In this document: in pieces, positions 37,828 through 45,061 of the stretch | How positions within the stretch are numbered: position 1 is the first letter of the stretch | Layout: each line of letters begins with the position of its first letter | Assembly (NCBI GenBank): GCA_905198755.1 | Contig: CAJKDR010000001.1 | Span: 1 to 45,061, forward strand | DNA: 45,061 bases | Direction of reading: 5' to 3' | Origin: an uncultured Clostridiaceae bacterium | GTDB lineage: Bacteria > Bacillota > Clostridia > TANB77 > CAG-508 | Translations under genes and position numbers: made by a program | The notes under the pieces: generated by a model | Seen by the model: only the letters and a program-made list of their open reading frames with translations | What the model was told of the DNA's origin: nothing | Databases searched by the model: none

Positions 37828-38262
37828 TTAAATCACCTCTATCTTTCCACCAGCAGCTTCTATTTTTTCTGCAGCAGATTTAGTAAATCTCTTTGCTTTA
37901 ACTGTCATTTTCTTTTCTAGTTTTCCAGTACCTAGTATAACTATTCCATCGTTAACTTTTCCTATTATACCTTCTGCTAGTAAAGATTCTGCAGTAACTT
38001 CTGCACTGTTTGATTTATTTAACATACTTAAAGTTACTTCTGTGTATTCTTTAGCATGAATATTAGTAAATCCTCTTTTAGGTAATCTTCTATATAATGG
38101 TGTTTGACCACCTTCGAATCCACGTCTAACTCCTCCGCCACTTCTTGCTTTTTGTCCTTTTTGTCCTCTTCCAGAAGTTTTTCCAAGACCTGATCCGATT
38201 CCACGTCCTACTCTTCTTCTTACTACTTTTTCAGTAGCTGATTTAACTTCACCTAATTGCAT
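37828..38262 (-). CDS. rplO: 50S ribosomal protein L15
   Basis: 144 aa. [26 protein letters not shown]. Confidence 0.95.
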   Translation of the reverse strand: MQLGEVKSATEKVVRRRVGRGIGSGLGKTSGRGQKGQKARSGGGVRRGFEGGQTPLYRRLPKRGFTNIHAKEYTEVTLSMLNKSNSAEVTAESLLAEGIIGKVNDGIVILGTGKLEKKMTVKAKRFTKSAAEKIEAAGGKIEVI

Positions 38263-38287
38263 TTAATTGCACCTCCTTTTGTTAAAA

Positions 38288-38776
38288 TTATAGTATATCG
38301 CTAACTTTTTTACCTCTTTTTTCAGCGACTTGTTCTACAGTTCTCATATTTGTTAATCCATTAAGTGTAGCATAAACTACGTTTCTTGGATTGTTTGTTC
38401 CTATAACCTTTGTTCTTATGTCTTTATATCCTGCAAGTTCTATAACAGGTCTAACACTTCCTCCAGCTATAATTCCAGTACCTTCTGCTGCTGGTTTTAA
38501 AAGTACGTTAGCACTTCCAAATTGTCCAACATATTCATGAGGTATTGTTGTTCCTACTATTGGAACAGTAACTAAATTCTTTTTAGCGTCTTCTATAGCT
38601 TTCTTTATAGCATCTGGAACTTCTGCAGCTTTACCATTTCCAACACCAACGTGTCCGTTTTCGTCACCAACAACAACAACTGCACTAAATCTAAAAGTTC
38701 TACCACCTTTAACAACTTTAGCAACTCTGTTTATAGCAACTACTTTTTCTTTTAATTCAACTGTATTTTCTTCCAT
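38288..38776 (-). CDS. rpsE: 30S ribosomal protein S5
   Basis: 162 aa. [27 protein letters not shown]. Confidence 0.95.
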   Translation of the reverse strand: MEENTVELKEKVVAINRVAKVVKGGRTFRFSAVVVVGDENGHVGVGNGKAAEVPDAIKKAIEDAKKNLVTVPIVGTTIPHEYVGQFGSANVLLKPAAEGTGIIAGGSVRPVIELAGYKDIRTKVIGTNNPRNVVYATLNGLTNMRTVEQVAEKRGKKVSDIL

Positions 38777-38797
38777 GAGTTTTAGTTTCCTCCTTTA

Positions 38798-39157
38798 TTA
38801 AAATTCTAATCCTGCTTCTCTTGCAGCTTCTGCTAATTCTTTAACAACTCCATGATAGATATATCCGCCTCTATCAAAAACTACTTTTTTAATATTTTTT
38901 TCTATAGCCTTTTTAGCTATTAAAGTTCCAACTTCTTTAGCAGCTTCTTTATTAGCATGTTTTGTTTTTATTTCTTTATCTAATGTAGAGCAACTTACTA
39001 ATGTGTTTCCTGCAACATCATCAATAATTTGTGCATATACATTTGTATTACTTCTATAAACACATAATCTTGGACATTCTGGAGTTCCACTTATTTTTCT
39101 ACGAACACGTAAATGTCTTCTTTGTCTAGTAGCTTTTCTATCTATTTTAGAAATCAT
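38798..39157 (-). CDS. rplR: 50S ribosomal protein L18
   Basis: 119 aa. [12 protein letters not shown]...[18 protein letters not shown]. Confidence 0.95.
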   Translation of the reverse strand: MISKIDRKATRQRRHLRVRRKISGTPECPRLCVYRSNTNVYAQIIDDVAGNTLVSCSTLDKEIKTKHANKEAAKEVGTLIAKKAIEKNIKKVVFDRGGYIYHGVVKELAEAAREAGLEF

Positions 39158-39185
39158 AATATTATTTTCTCCTTCCTTAAAAATT

Positions 39186-39292
39186 AATGAAAAGCTTTGT
39201 ATTACTGTGTCAATCTTCGTTTCCTAATTCTCGATATACATAAGTATTATCTATGATTTTTCAACTTTGATTTCCTTGTATTACTCGTTTTT
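39186..39292 (+). repeat. Intergenic structured repeat element, copy C (plus orientation, inverted relative to copies A and B)
   Basis: Read on the plus strand, it begins AATGAAAAGCTTTGTATTAC (18/20 identical to minus-strand copy A) and ends TACTCGTTTTT (11/11). It has the same 107-nt length. The centre is AT-degraded. Confidence 0.65.
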
Positions 39293-39309
39293 AATTAATT
39301 TTTTTAATT

Positions 39310-39846
39310 TTATTTACCAGTTTTACCTTCTTTACGTCTAATATGTTCATCAACATATTTAATACCTTTTCCTCTATATACTTCTGGTGGTCTTTTTGTT
39401 CTTACAACAGCTGCAGTTTGACCTACCAACTCTTTATCTATTCCTCTAACAATTATTTGATTTGGATTTGGCACGTCAAAAGTGATTCCTTCTGGTTCTA
39501 CCATTTCTACAGGATGTGAATATCCTAATGTTAAAACTAGTTTATTTCCTTGTTTTTGTGCTCTATAACCAACACCATTAATTTCTAATTCTTTTTTGAA
39601 TTCGTCCTTAACACCTATAATCATGTTTTTTATTAATGTTCTTGTTAAACCGTGTAAGCTTCTATTTAACGCTTCATCATTTGGTCTTGAAACTTTAATT
39701 TCTTTTCCATCAATTGCTACAGTAATTGGGCTTGTTATTTCTCTTGTTAATGTTCCTTTTGGTCCTTTAACAGTTATAACATTTTCATTTAATGTAACTT
39801 CAACACCATCTGGTACTGTTATAGGTTTATTTCCTATTCTTGACAT
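39310..39846 (-). CDS. rplF: 50S ribosomal protein L6
   Basis: [12 protein letters not shown]... from the ATG at 39846. The GTG at 39858 used by the ORF track lies inside the SD (AGAGGTG). Confidence 0.93.
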   Translation of the reverse strand: MSRIGNKPITVPDGVEVTLNENVITVKGPKGTLTREITSPITVAIDGKEIKVSRPNDEALNRSLHGLTRTLIKNMIIGVKDEFKKELEINGVGYRAQKQGNKLVLTLGYSHPVEMVEPEGITFDVPNPNQIIVRGIDKELVGQTAAVVRTKRPPEVYRGKGIKYVDEHIRRKEGKTGK

Positions 39847-39883
39847 TTTCTCTTTCACCTCTTTGTTTTATTATTTTTATGCA

Positions 39884-40282
39884 TTACCAAACATAAGCTA
39901 GTACTTCTCCACCTACACCTAATTCTCTTGCTTGTTTATCTGTTACAATTCCTTTAGATGTAGATATAAGAGCTATACCTAAACCATTTAATACTTTTGG
40001 TAATTCATCTTTAGATGCATATACTCTTAATCCTGGTTTGCTTATTCTTTTTAATCCAGCGATTACTTTATTACCTTTTTCGTCATATTTTAAAGTAATT
40101 CTTATTATTCCTTGAGTATCATCTGATATTTCTTCATAAGCTTTGATATATCCTTCTTTAAATAATATATCTGCTATTGATTTTTTTAGATTTGATGCAG
40201 GCACATCTACTGTTTTATGTTTTGATCTACTTGCATTTCTAATTCTAGTTAGCATATCTGCTATAGGATCAGTAATATTCAT
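39884..40282 (-). CDS. rpsH: 30S ribosomal protein S8
   Basis: 132 aa. [13 protein letters not shown]...GGEVLAYVW. Confidence 0.95.
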   Translation of the reverse strand: MNITDPIADMLTRIRNASRSKHKTVDVPASNLKKSIADILFKEGYIKAYEEISDDTQGIIRITLKYDEKGNKVIAGLKRISKPGLRVYASKDELPKVLNGLGIALISTSKGIVTDKQARELGVGGEVLAYVW

Positions 40283-40304
40283 TTTTTCTATTTCCTCCTT
40301 TTCT

Positions 40305-40345
40305 TCAAAATTAATGAAAACCTACATAAGCTTTAATTAATTTTT
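40305..40345 (+). repeat. Truncated plus-oriented fragment of the repeat family
   Basis: AAAATTAATGAAAA...AGCTTTAATTAATTTTT resembles the two ends of copy C with the middle missing. The ends pair as AAAATTAAT/ATTAATTTT. Confidence 0.4.
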
Positions 40346-40370
40346 AAACTCTTTATATAAAACTCAAAGT

Positions 40371-40490
40371 AAAGCAAAAGTAGTATATTGCTAGGCAAGC
40401 AAAATTTAAATTTATGAGGCGTACTCCTTGTACATTGATTAAATTTAAATTGTAGCTTAACAACGCAAGATGCTGCTTTTCATTTGCTTT
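40371..40490 (-). repeat. Intergenic structured repeat element, copy B (minus orientation)
   Basis: It starts right after the rpsN stop. It shares AATGAAAA, CGTTGTT, TCAAYGTAC..GTACGCCTC, GCCTAG and TACT blocks with copy A. End pairing is AAAGCAAA/TTTGCTTT. Confidence 0.7.
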
Positions 40491-40491
40491 A

Positions 40492-40677
40492 TTACCAGCT
40501 AGCCTTTTTCACTCCTGGTATCTCACCTTTGTGTGCTAATTCTCTAAAGCATACACGGCATATTCCATATTTTCTTATATATGCATGTGGTCTTCCACAA
40601 ATCTTACATCTGTTATATTCTCTTGTCTTATATTTTTGATCTTTTTGTTGTTTAACTTTTAAAGATTTTTTAGCCAT
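40492..40677 (-). CDS. rpsN: 30S ribosomal protein S14, type Z (zinc-binding, 61 aa)
   Basis: CKICG...CRVCFRE Cys4 motif, in the usual position between rplE and rpsH. Confidence 0.95.
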   Translation of the reverse strand: MAKKSLKVKQQKDQKYKTREYNRCKICGRPHAYIRKYGICRVCFRELAHKGEIPGVKKASW

Positions 40678-40704
40678 CTTTATTTTTCTCCTTCCTTCAA
40701 AAAA

Positions 40705-41244
40705 TTAATTTTTGAATGGCATTCCAAGCAATGTAAGCAATTCTCTTGCTTCTTCGTCTGTTTTTGCTGTTGTTACAAATATAATATCCATTCCTCTTAA
40801 TTTATCAACTTTATCATATTCAATTTCAGGGAATATTAATTGTTCTTTTATACCCATTGAGTAGTTTCCTCTTCCATCAAATGAGTTTGATGAAACACCT
40901 CTAAAATCTCTTACTCTTGGTAATGCTACATTGAATAATTTGTAAGCAAATTCATACATTTTTGTGCTTCTTAGTGTAACTTTACATCCCATGTTAACAC
41001 CTTCTCTTATTTTAAAAGCAGCAATTGATTTTTTTGCTTTTGTTACAACTGGTTTTTGACCTGTTATGATACTTAAATCATTCATTGTATTTTCTAATGC
41101 TTTAGGATTTTCTCTTATATCTCCTAAACCAACATTTAAAACTATTTTTTCTAGTTTTGGAACTTCCATAATTGATTTATAATTAAATTTTTTCATTAAA
41201 GCTGGAACAACTTCTTTCTCATATTGTTCTCTTAATTTTTCCAT
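40705..41244 (-). CDS. rplE: 50S ribosomal protein L5
   Basis: 179 aa, typical L5 sequence (NVGLGD..., [20 protein letters not shown]). Confidence 0.95.
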   Translation of the reverse strand: MEKLREQYEKEVVPALMKKFNYKSIMEVPKLEKIVLNVGLGDIRENPKALENTMNDLSIITGQKPVVTKAKKSIAAFKIREGVNMGCKVTLRSTKMYEFAYKLFNVALPRVRDFRGVSSNSFDGRGNYSMGIKEQLIFPEIEYDKVDKLRGMDIIFVTTAKTDEEARELLTLLGMPFKN

Positions 41245-41266
41245 TATAAATTGCCTCCTTTCTTAA

Positions 41267-41575
41267 TTATTTTAATTTAGCTCCACATTTTTTACAAACA
41301 CGAACTTTTTTATCTTTATCCATTTCATATCCTATTTTTGTAGGTTTGTTACATTTAGGGCATACTACATTTACTTTTGCACTAAATATACTGCATTCTA
41401 CAGGTATTATTCCACCTTCGTCGCCTTGTTTTCTAGGCTTTACATGTTTTTTTCTTATATTAACGCCTTTTACTATTATTTTTCCAGTTTTAGGCATAAC
41501 TTCTAATACTTCTCCTGTTTTTCCTTTATCATTTCCTGATAAAACTTGAACAGTATCACCTTTTTTTATTCTCAT
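41267..41575 (-). CDS. rplX: 50S ribosomal protein L24
   Basis: 102 aa. MRIKKGDTVQVLSGNDKGKTGEVL (KOW motif) and a C-terminal Cys4 (CPKC...CKKCG). Confidence 0.95.
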   Translation of the reverse strand: MRIKKGDTVQVLSGNDKGKTGEVLEVMPKTGKIIVKGVNIRKKHVKPRKQGDEGGIIPVECSIFSAKVNVVCPKCNKPTKIGYEMDKDKKVRVCKKCGAKLK

Positions 41576-41621
41576 TTAGGTTTCCTCCTTCTTTAAGAAT
41601 TTTTATTTTTTTATTTTAATT

Positions 41622-41990
41622 TTATAGTACTTCTGGTGCTAATGAGATAATTTTCATATAATCTTTATCTCTTAACTCTCTAGCTACTGGTCCGAATATA
41701 CGTGTTCCTTTTGGTGTTTTATCATCACGTATAATTACAGCTGCATTTTCATCAAATTTTATGTATGAACCATCTTGACGTCTAAGTCCTTTTTTAGTTC
41801 TTACAACAACTGCTTTTACTACATCACCTTTTGAAACAACTCCACCAGGTGTAGCACTTTTAACAGAAGCAACTATAACATCACCAATTCCTGCATATTT
41901 TCTATATGATCCACCTAAGCATCTGATACACATAATTTCTTTTGCACCTGTGTTATCAGCAACTTTTAATATTGATTGTTGTTGTACCAT
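41622..41990 (-). CDS. rplN: 50S ribosomal protein L14
   Basis: 122 aa. [22 protein letters not shown]. Confidence 0.95.
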   Translation of the reverse strand: MVQQQSILKVADNTGAKEIMCIRCLGGSYRKYAGIGDVIVASVKSATPGGVVSKGDVVKAVVVRTKKGLRRQDGSYIKFDENAAVIIRDDKTPKGTRIFGPVARELRDKDYMKIISLAPEVL

Positions 41991-42010
41991 TGGTTTTTCC
42001 TCCTTTTAAA

Positions 42011-42274
42011 TTATTTGATTACAGCTTTCTCCATAACTTCTACAACTCTCCATCTTTTATCTTTAGATAAAGGTCTTGTTTCCATTACTTTAACTATATC
42101 GCCTATTTTACACTCATTTGCTTCGTCATGAGCTTTTAATTTATATGTTCTTTTTACGATTTTGTTGTATACTTTGTGTTTTACACTTGTTTCAACAGCA
42201 ACTACTACTGTTTTATCCATTTTATCTGATACAACTTTACCAATCATAACTTTACGAAGATTTCTTTCTTCCAT
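42011..42274 (-). CDS. rpsQ: 30S ribosomal protein S17
   Basis: 87 aa. [17 protein letters not shown]...[11 protein letters not shown]. Confidence 0.95.
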   Translation of the reverse strand: MEERNLRKVMIGKVVSDKMDKTVVVAVETSVKHKVYNKIVKRTYKLKAHDEANECKIGDIVKVMETRPLSKDKRWRVVEVMEKAVIK

Positions 42275-42298
42275 TGTTCAGACTTCTCCTTTCATTTA

Positions 42299-42502
42299 TT
42301 ATTTGTTTTCTGCTAATTCACGTTGTCTTAATACTGTATTTATTCTTGCAATGTCTTTTTTAACTTCTTTTATTTTCATAGGATTGTCTAGTCCATTTGT
42401 AGCTAGACTAAATCTTAATTTAAATAATTCAGTTTTTAATTCACTTAACTCTTTTTCTAGTTCTGGTGAAGACATTTCGTTTATTTTATTTATCTTCATC
42501 AT
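42299..42502 (-). CDS. rpmC: 50S ribosomal protein L29
   Basis: [18 protein letters not shown]. Start assigned to the ATG at 42502 (or 42499), 5-8 nt after AGGTGG. The GTG at 42511 in the ORF track lies within the SD. It overlaps the rplP 3' end. Confidence 0.9.
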   Translation of the reverse strand: MMKINKINEMSSPELEKELSELKTELFKLRFSLATNGLDNPMKIKEVKKDIARINTVLRQRELAENK

Positions 42503-42929
42503 TATCACCACCTATTTCAGATTCTCTTACTACAAATTTTGTTTTTACAGGTAATTTGTTTGCAGCTAATCTCATAGCTTCTCTTGCTGTTGCTTCTGGA
42601 ACTCCAGCAAGTTCAAACATTACTCTTCCTGGTTTAACTAATGCTACCCAATATTCTGGAGCACCTTTACCTTTACCCATACGAGTTTCAGCTGGTTTTT
42701 TAGTGATTGGTTTGTCTGGGAATATTTTTATCCAAACTTTACCACCTCTTTTAATGTAACGAGTCATAGCTATACGGGCTGCTTCTATTTGGTTAGATTT
42801 TATTGCTCCTGCTTCTATTGCTTGTAAACCAAATTCTCCGTCAGTAACCTTTATACCTCTAGTAGCTTTTCCTCTATTTCTACCTTTTTGCATTTTTCTA
42901 TATTTTGTTCTTTTTGGCATTAATGGCAT
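42486..42929 (-). CDS. rplP: 50S ribosomal protein L16
   Basis: 147 aa. [17 protein letters not shown]. The TAATG overlap joins it to the rpsC stop. Confidence 0.95.
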   Translation of the reverse strand: MPLMPKRTKYRKMQKGRNRGKATRGIKVTDGEFGLQAIEAGAIKSNQIEAARIAMTRYIKRGGKVWIKIFPDKPITKKPAETRMGKGKGAPEYWVALVKPGRVMFELAGVPEATAREAMRLAANKLPVKTKFVVRESEIGGDNDEDK

Positions 42930-43585
42930 TATTCTTCTCCCCTTTCGTTCTTTTTAGTTGGAAGAATTTCTCCTTTATAAATCCAAACTTTTACACCTAT
43001 CTTTCCATATGTTGTATCTGCTTCATAGAAACCATAATCGATATCTGCTCTTAAAGTTTGAAGTGGTATTGTACCTTCTTTGTAGAATTCAGTTCTAGCC
43101 ATATCAGCTCCACCTAATCTACCAGATACAGCTGTTTTTATTCCTAAAGCTCCTGCTTTCATTGTTTTTTGCATTGCTTGTTTCATTGCTCTTCTGAATG
43201 AAATTCTTCTTTCTAGTTGATTTGCTATGTTTTCTGCTACTAATTGAGCATCTAAATCAACATTTTTTACTTCAACTATATTTAAATTAACATCTTTGTT
43301 TATCATTTTTGATAATTCATTTTTTAATGCTTCTGCTATTGCTCCACCTTTTCCTATTACTAATCCAGGTTTTGCAGTATAAACATTAACTCTTACAAAT
43401 TTAGCTGTTCTTTCTATTTCTATTTTAGAAATACCGCTAACAAATAATTTCTTTTTTACATATTCACGGATTTTATGGTCTTCAACTAGGTAATCACTAA
43501 AGTTTTTAGAATCTGCATACCATTTTGAGCTCCAATCTTTAATAACTCCTACTCTTAATCCTTGTGGATTAACTTTTTGTCCCAT
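42929..43585 (-). CDS. rpsC: 30S ribosomal protein S3
   Basis: 218 aa. [18 protein letters not shown] and a KH domain. Confidence 0.95.
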   Translation of the reverse strand: MGQKVNPQGLRVGVIKDWSSKWYADSKNFSDYLVEDHKIREYVKKKLFVSGISKIEIERTAKFVRVNVYTAKPGLVIGKGGAIAEALKNELSKMINKDVNLNIVEVKNVDLDAQLVAENIANQLERRISFRRAMKQAMQKTMKAGALGIKTAVSGRLGGADMARTEFYKEGTIPLQTLRADIDYGFYEADTTYGKIGVKVWIYKGEILPTKKNERGEE

Positions 43586-43624
43586 GCTAAAATCCTCCTT
43601 TCTTATTTATATTTAATGTTCATT

Positions 43625-43978
43625 TTATTGTCTTTCTTTTAAAACAATAGTTATATGACTTGTTCTTTTTCTTATTCTAACAGCTGATCCTTTTGCTGCT
43701 GGTCTTATTCTTTTTAATGTTGGACCTTGGTTAGCATATATTTGATCAACATATAGATTATTGCTTTTCATGTTGTGATTATTTTCAGCATTTGCAATAG
43801 CTGATTTTAATAATTTTTCTATTATTTCAGAAGAAGCTTTTGGTGTAAATTTAACTATTGCTAAAGCTTCTGAAACATCTTTTCCTCTTATTAAGTCTGC
43901 TACTATTTTAACTTTTCTAGCTGATATTCTAGCATACTTAAGAGTTGCTCTTGCTTCTAATACTGCATTTTCTTCCAT
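43625..43978 (-). CDS. rplV: 50S ribosomal protein L22
   Basis: 117 aa. [18 protein letters not shown]. Confidence 0.95.
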   Translation of the reverse strand: MEENAVLEARATLKYARISARKVKIVADLIRGKDVSEALAIVKFTPKASSEIIEKLLKSAIANAENNHNMKSNNLYVDQIYANQGPTLKRIRPAAKGSAVRIRKRTSHITIVLKERQ

Positions 43979-44010
43979 TATCAGTTTCCTCCTTGTTTAG
44001 ATTATATCTC

Positions 44011-44283
44011 TTATTTAGAAGATTTAGCTCCTGCATGACCTTTAAATGTTCTTGTTGGTGCAAATTCTCCTAACTTATGTCCTATCATTTCTTCAGTTAT
44101 ATAAACTGGTACATGTTTTCTTCCATCATGAACAGCTATTGTATGTCCAACAAATTGTGGATATATTGTAGATGCTCTTGACCATGTTTTTAATACGTCT
44201 TTTTTACCAGATTCATTCATAGCTTCTATTCTCTTCATTAATTCAGGTGCTACAAATGGTATTTTTTTGCTTGATCTTGACAT
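44011..44283 (-). CDS. rpsS: 30S ribosomal protein S19
   Basis: 90 aa. [11 protein letters not shown]...[19 protein letters not shown]. Confidence 0.95.
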   Translation of the reverse strand: MSRSSKKIPFVAPELMKRIEAMNESGKKDVLKTWSRASTIYPQFVGHTIAVHDGRKHVPVYITEEMIGHKLGEFAPTRTFKGHAGAKSSK

Positions 44284-44324
44284 TAATTATTTCCTCCTTT
44301 CAGGAAAATTTAATTTTTACTTGT

Positions 44325-45061
44325 TTATTTTCTTCTCTTAACAATAAACTTATCAGATTGTTTATTTTTCTTTCTTGTTTTATATCCAAGAGCTGGTTTA
44401 CCCCAAGGAGTCATTGGTCCTGCGTGACCTACTGGAGCTCTACCTTCACCACCACCATGAGGGTGATCAACTGGGTTCATAACAGATCCTCTTACTGTAG
44501 GACGTATTCCCATATGTCTTTTTCTTCCTGCTTTACCTATTTTGATGTTTTCATGATCGCTATTTCCAATAGTTCCTATTGTAGCTCTACATCTAGTTAA
44601 AACTAATCTCATTTCTCCTGATGGTAATCTTACATGTGAGTATTTTTCTTCTTTAGCCATAAGTTGAGCACCTTGACCTGCTGCTCTAACCATTTTTCCA
44701 CCTTGACCTGGATTTAATTCTATGTTGTGTATCATTGTACCAACTGGAATACTTTCGATTGGCATACAGTTACCTGGTTTGATATCAACTTTTGCTCCAG
44801 ATATAACTTTATCTCCATCTTTTAATCCTTGTGGTGCTAAAATGTAAGTTTTTGTTCCATCTTCATATTCTAATAATGCTATGTTAGCACTACGGTTTGG
44901 ATCATATTCTATACCAACAACTGTTGCATACATATCATCCTTATTTCTTTTAAAATCAATTATTCTGTATTTTTGTCTATTTCCTCCACCTTGATGTCTA
45001 ACTGTTATTCTACCATATGAGTTTCTTCCTGCTTTTTCTTTTTTCTTTGCTAATAAAGATT
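44325..45061 (-). CDS. rplB: 50S ribosomal protein L2 (5' end beyond the window)
   Basis: The reading frame stays open upstream of the track's internal Met (…[39 protein letters not shown]…) and runs off the window edge. Confidence 0.93.
   Translation of the reverse strand, partial: SLLAKKKEKAGRNSYGRITVRHQGGGNRQKYRIIDFKRNKDDMYATVVGIEYDPNRSANIALLEYEDGTKTYILAPQGLKDGDKVISGAKVDIKPGNCMPIESIPVGTMIHNIELNPGQGGKMVRAAGQGAQLMAKEEKYSHVRLPSGEMRLVLTRCRATIGTIGNSDHENIKIGKAGRKRHMGIRPTVRGSVMNPVDHPHGGGEGRAPVGHAGPMTPWGKPALGYKTRKKNKQSDKFIVKRRK

Noticed and set aside
44325-44933. The ORF-track start of the last ORF, taken as the rplB start codon.
   Set aside because: This Met is internal. The frame stays open upstream and encodes the conserved [11 protein letters not shown]... 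L2 sequence out to the window edge.
1-45061. A CRISPR array, tandem repeat array, or rRNA/tRNA genes.
   Set aside because: I saw no regularly spaced repeats beyond the repeat pairs described above, and no GC-rich tRNA- or rRNA-like segments on either strand.

Overview
This is a very AT-rich, Firmicutes-like chromosomal segment (by eye about one quarter to 30% G+C, standard genetic code, strong GGAGG-type ribosome-binding sites). Every convincing gene lies on the minus strand.

Gene content, in window order:
- 376-4070: rubrerythrin, then a small operon of an SCP2-like protein, an Fe-alcohol dehydrogenase and an aldehyde dehydrogenase.
- 4183-6580: a cadC/cadA-type metal-efflux pair with a clear palindromic operator.
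- 6707-8970: a LOG-family protein, then a SprT-like / HD-domain / YqeY-domain operon.
- 9016-11661: a monocistronic 881-aa protein of unknown function.
- 11782-16075: a rusA / MacB-like ABC ATPase / giant FtsX permease operon.
- 16153-22784: a coiled-coil protein, YihY, TSCPD, mntP, a CNNM/CorC-family protein and a T-box-controlled ileS.
- 22872-25073: an orphan DnaB-like helicase with a 103-aa partner.
- 25158-28482: clpX, clpP and tig.
- 28601-30795: a three-gene membrane and pseudopilin-like islet.
- 30927-45061: the spc/alpha part of the ribosomal-protein supercluster, rplB (partial) through rplQ. It includes secY-adk-map-infA-rpmJ, which is missing from the ORF track, and it has no L30 gene.

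I see no CRISPR array, rRNA, tRNA, integrase or transposase.

The most unusual signals are non-coding:
- Several spacers inside the ribosomal-protein operon are 150-225 nt long. They carry a family of related elements of about 107-114 nt, present in both orientations, with pairing ends that show compensatory changes.
- A 22-nt GC-rich hairpin occurs twice with identical sequence, and a degenerate relative occurs once.

The protein-level oddities are the 881-aa repeat protein, the DnaB-like module, the pseudopilin-like islet, and rusA co-transcribed with a coiled-coil-bearing ABC permease. They are flagged as candidates only. I cannot show from sequence alone that any of them forms a new functional system.
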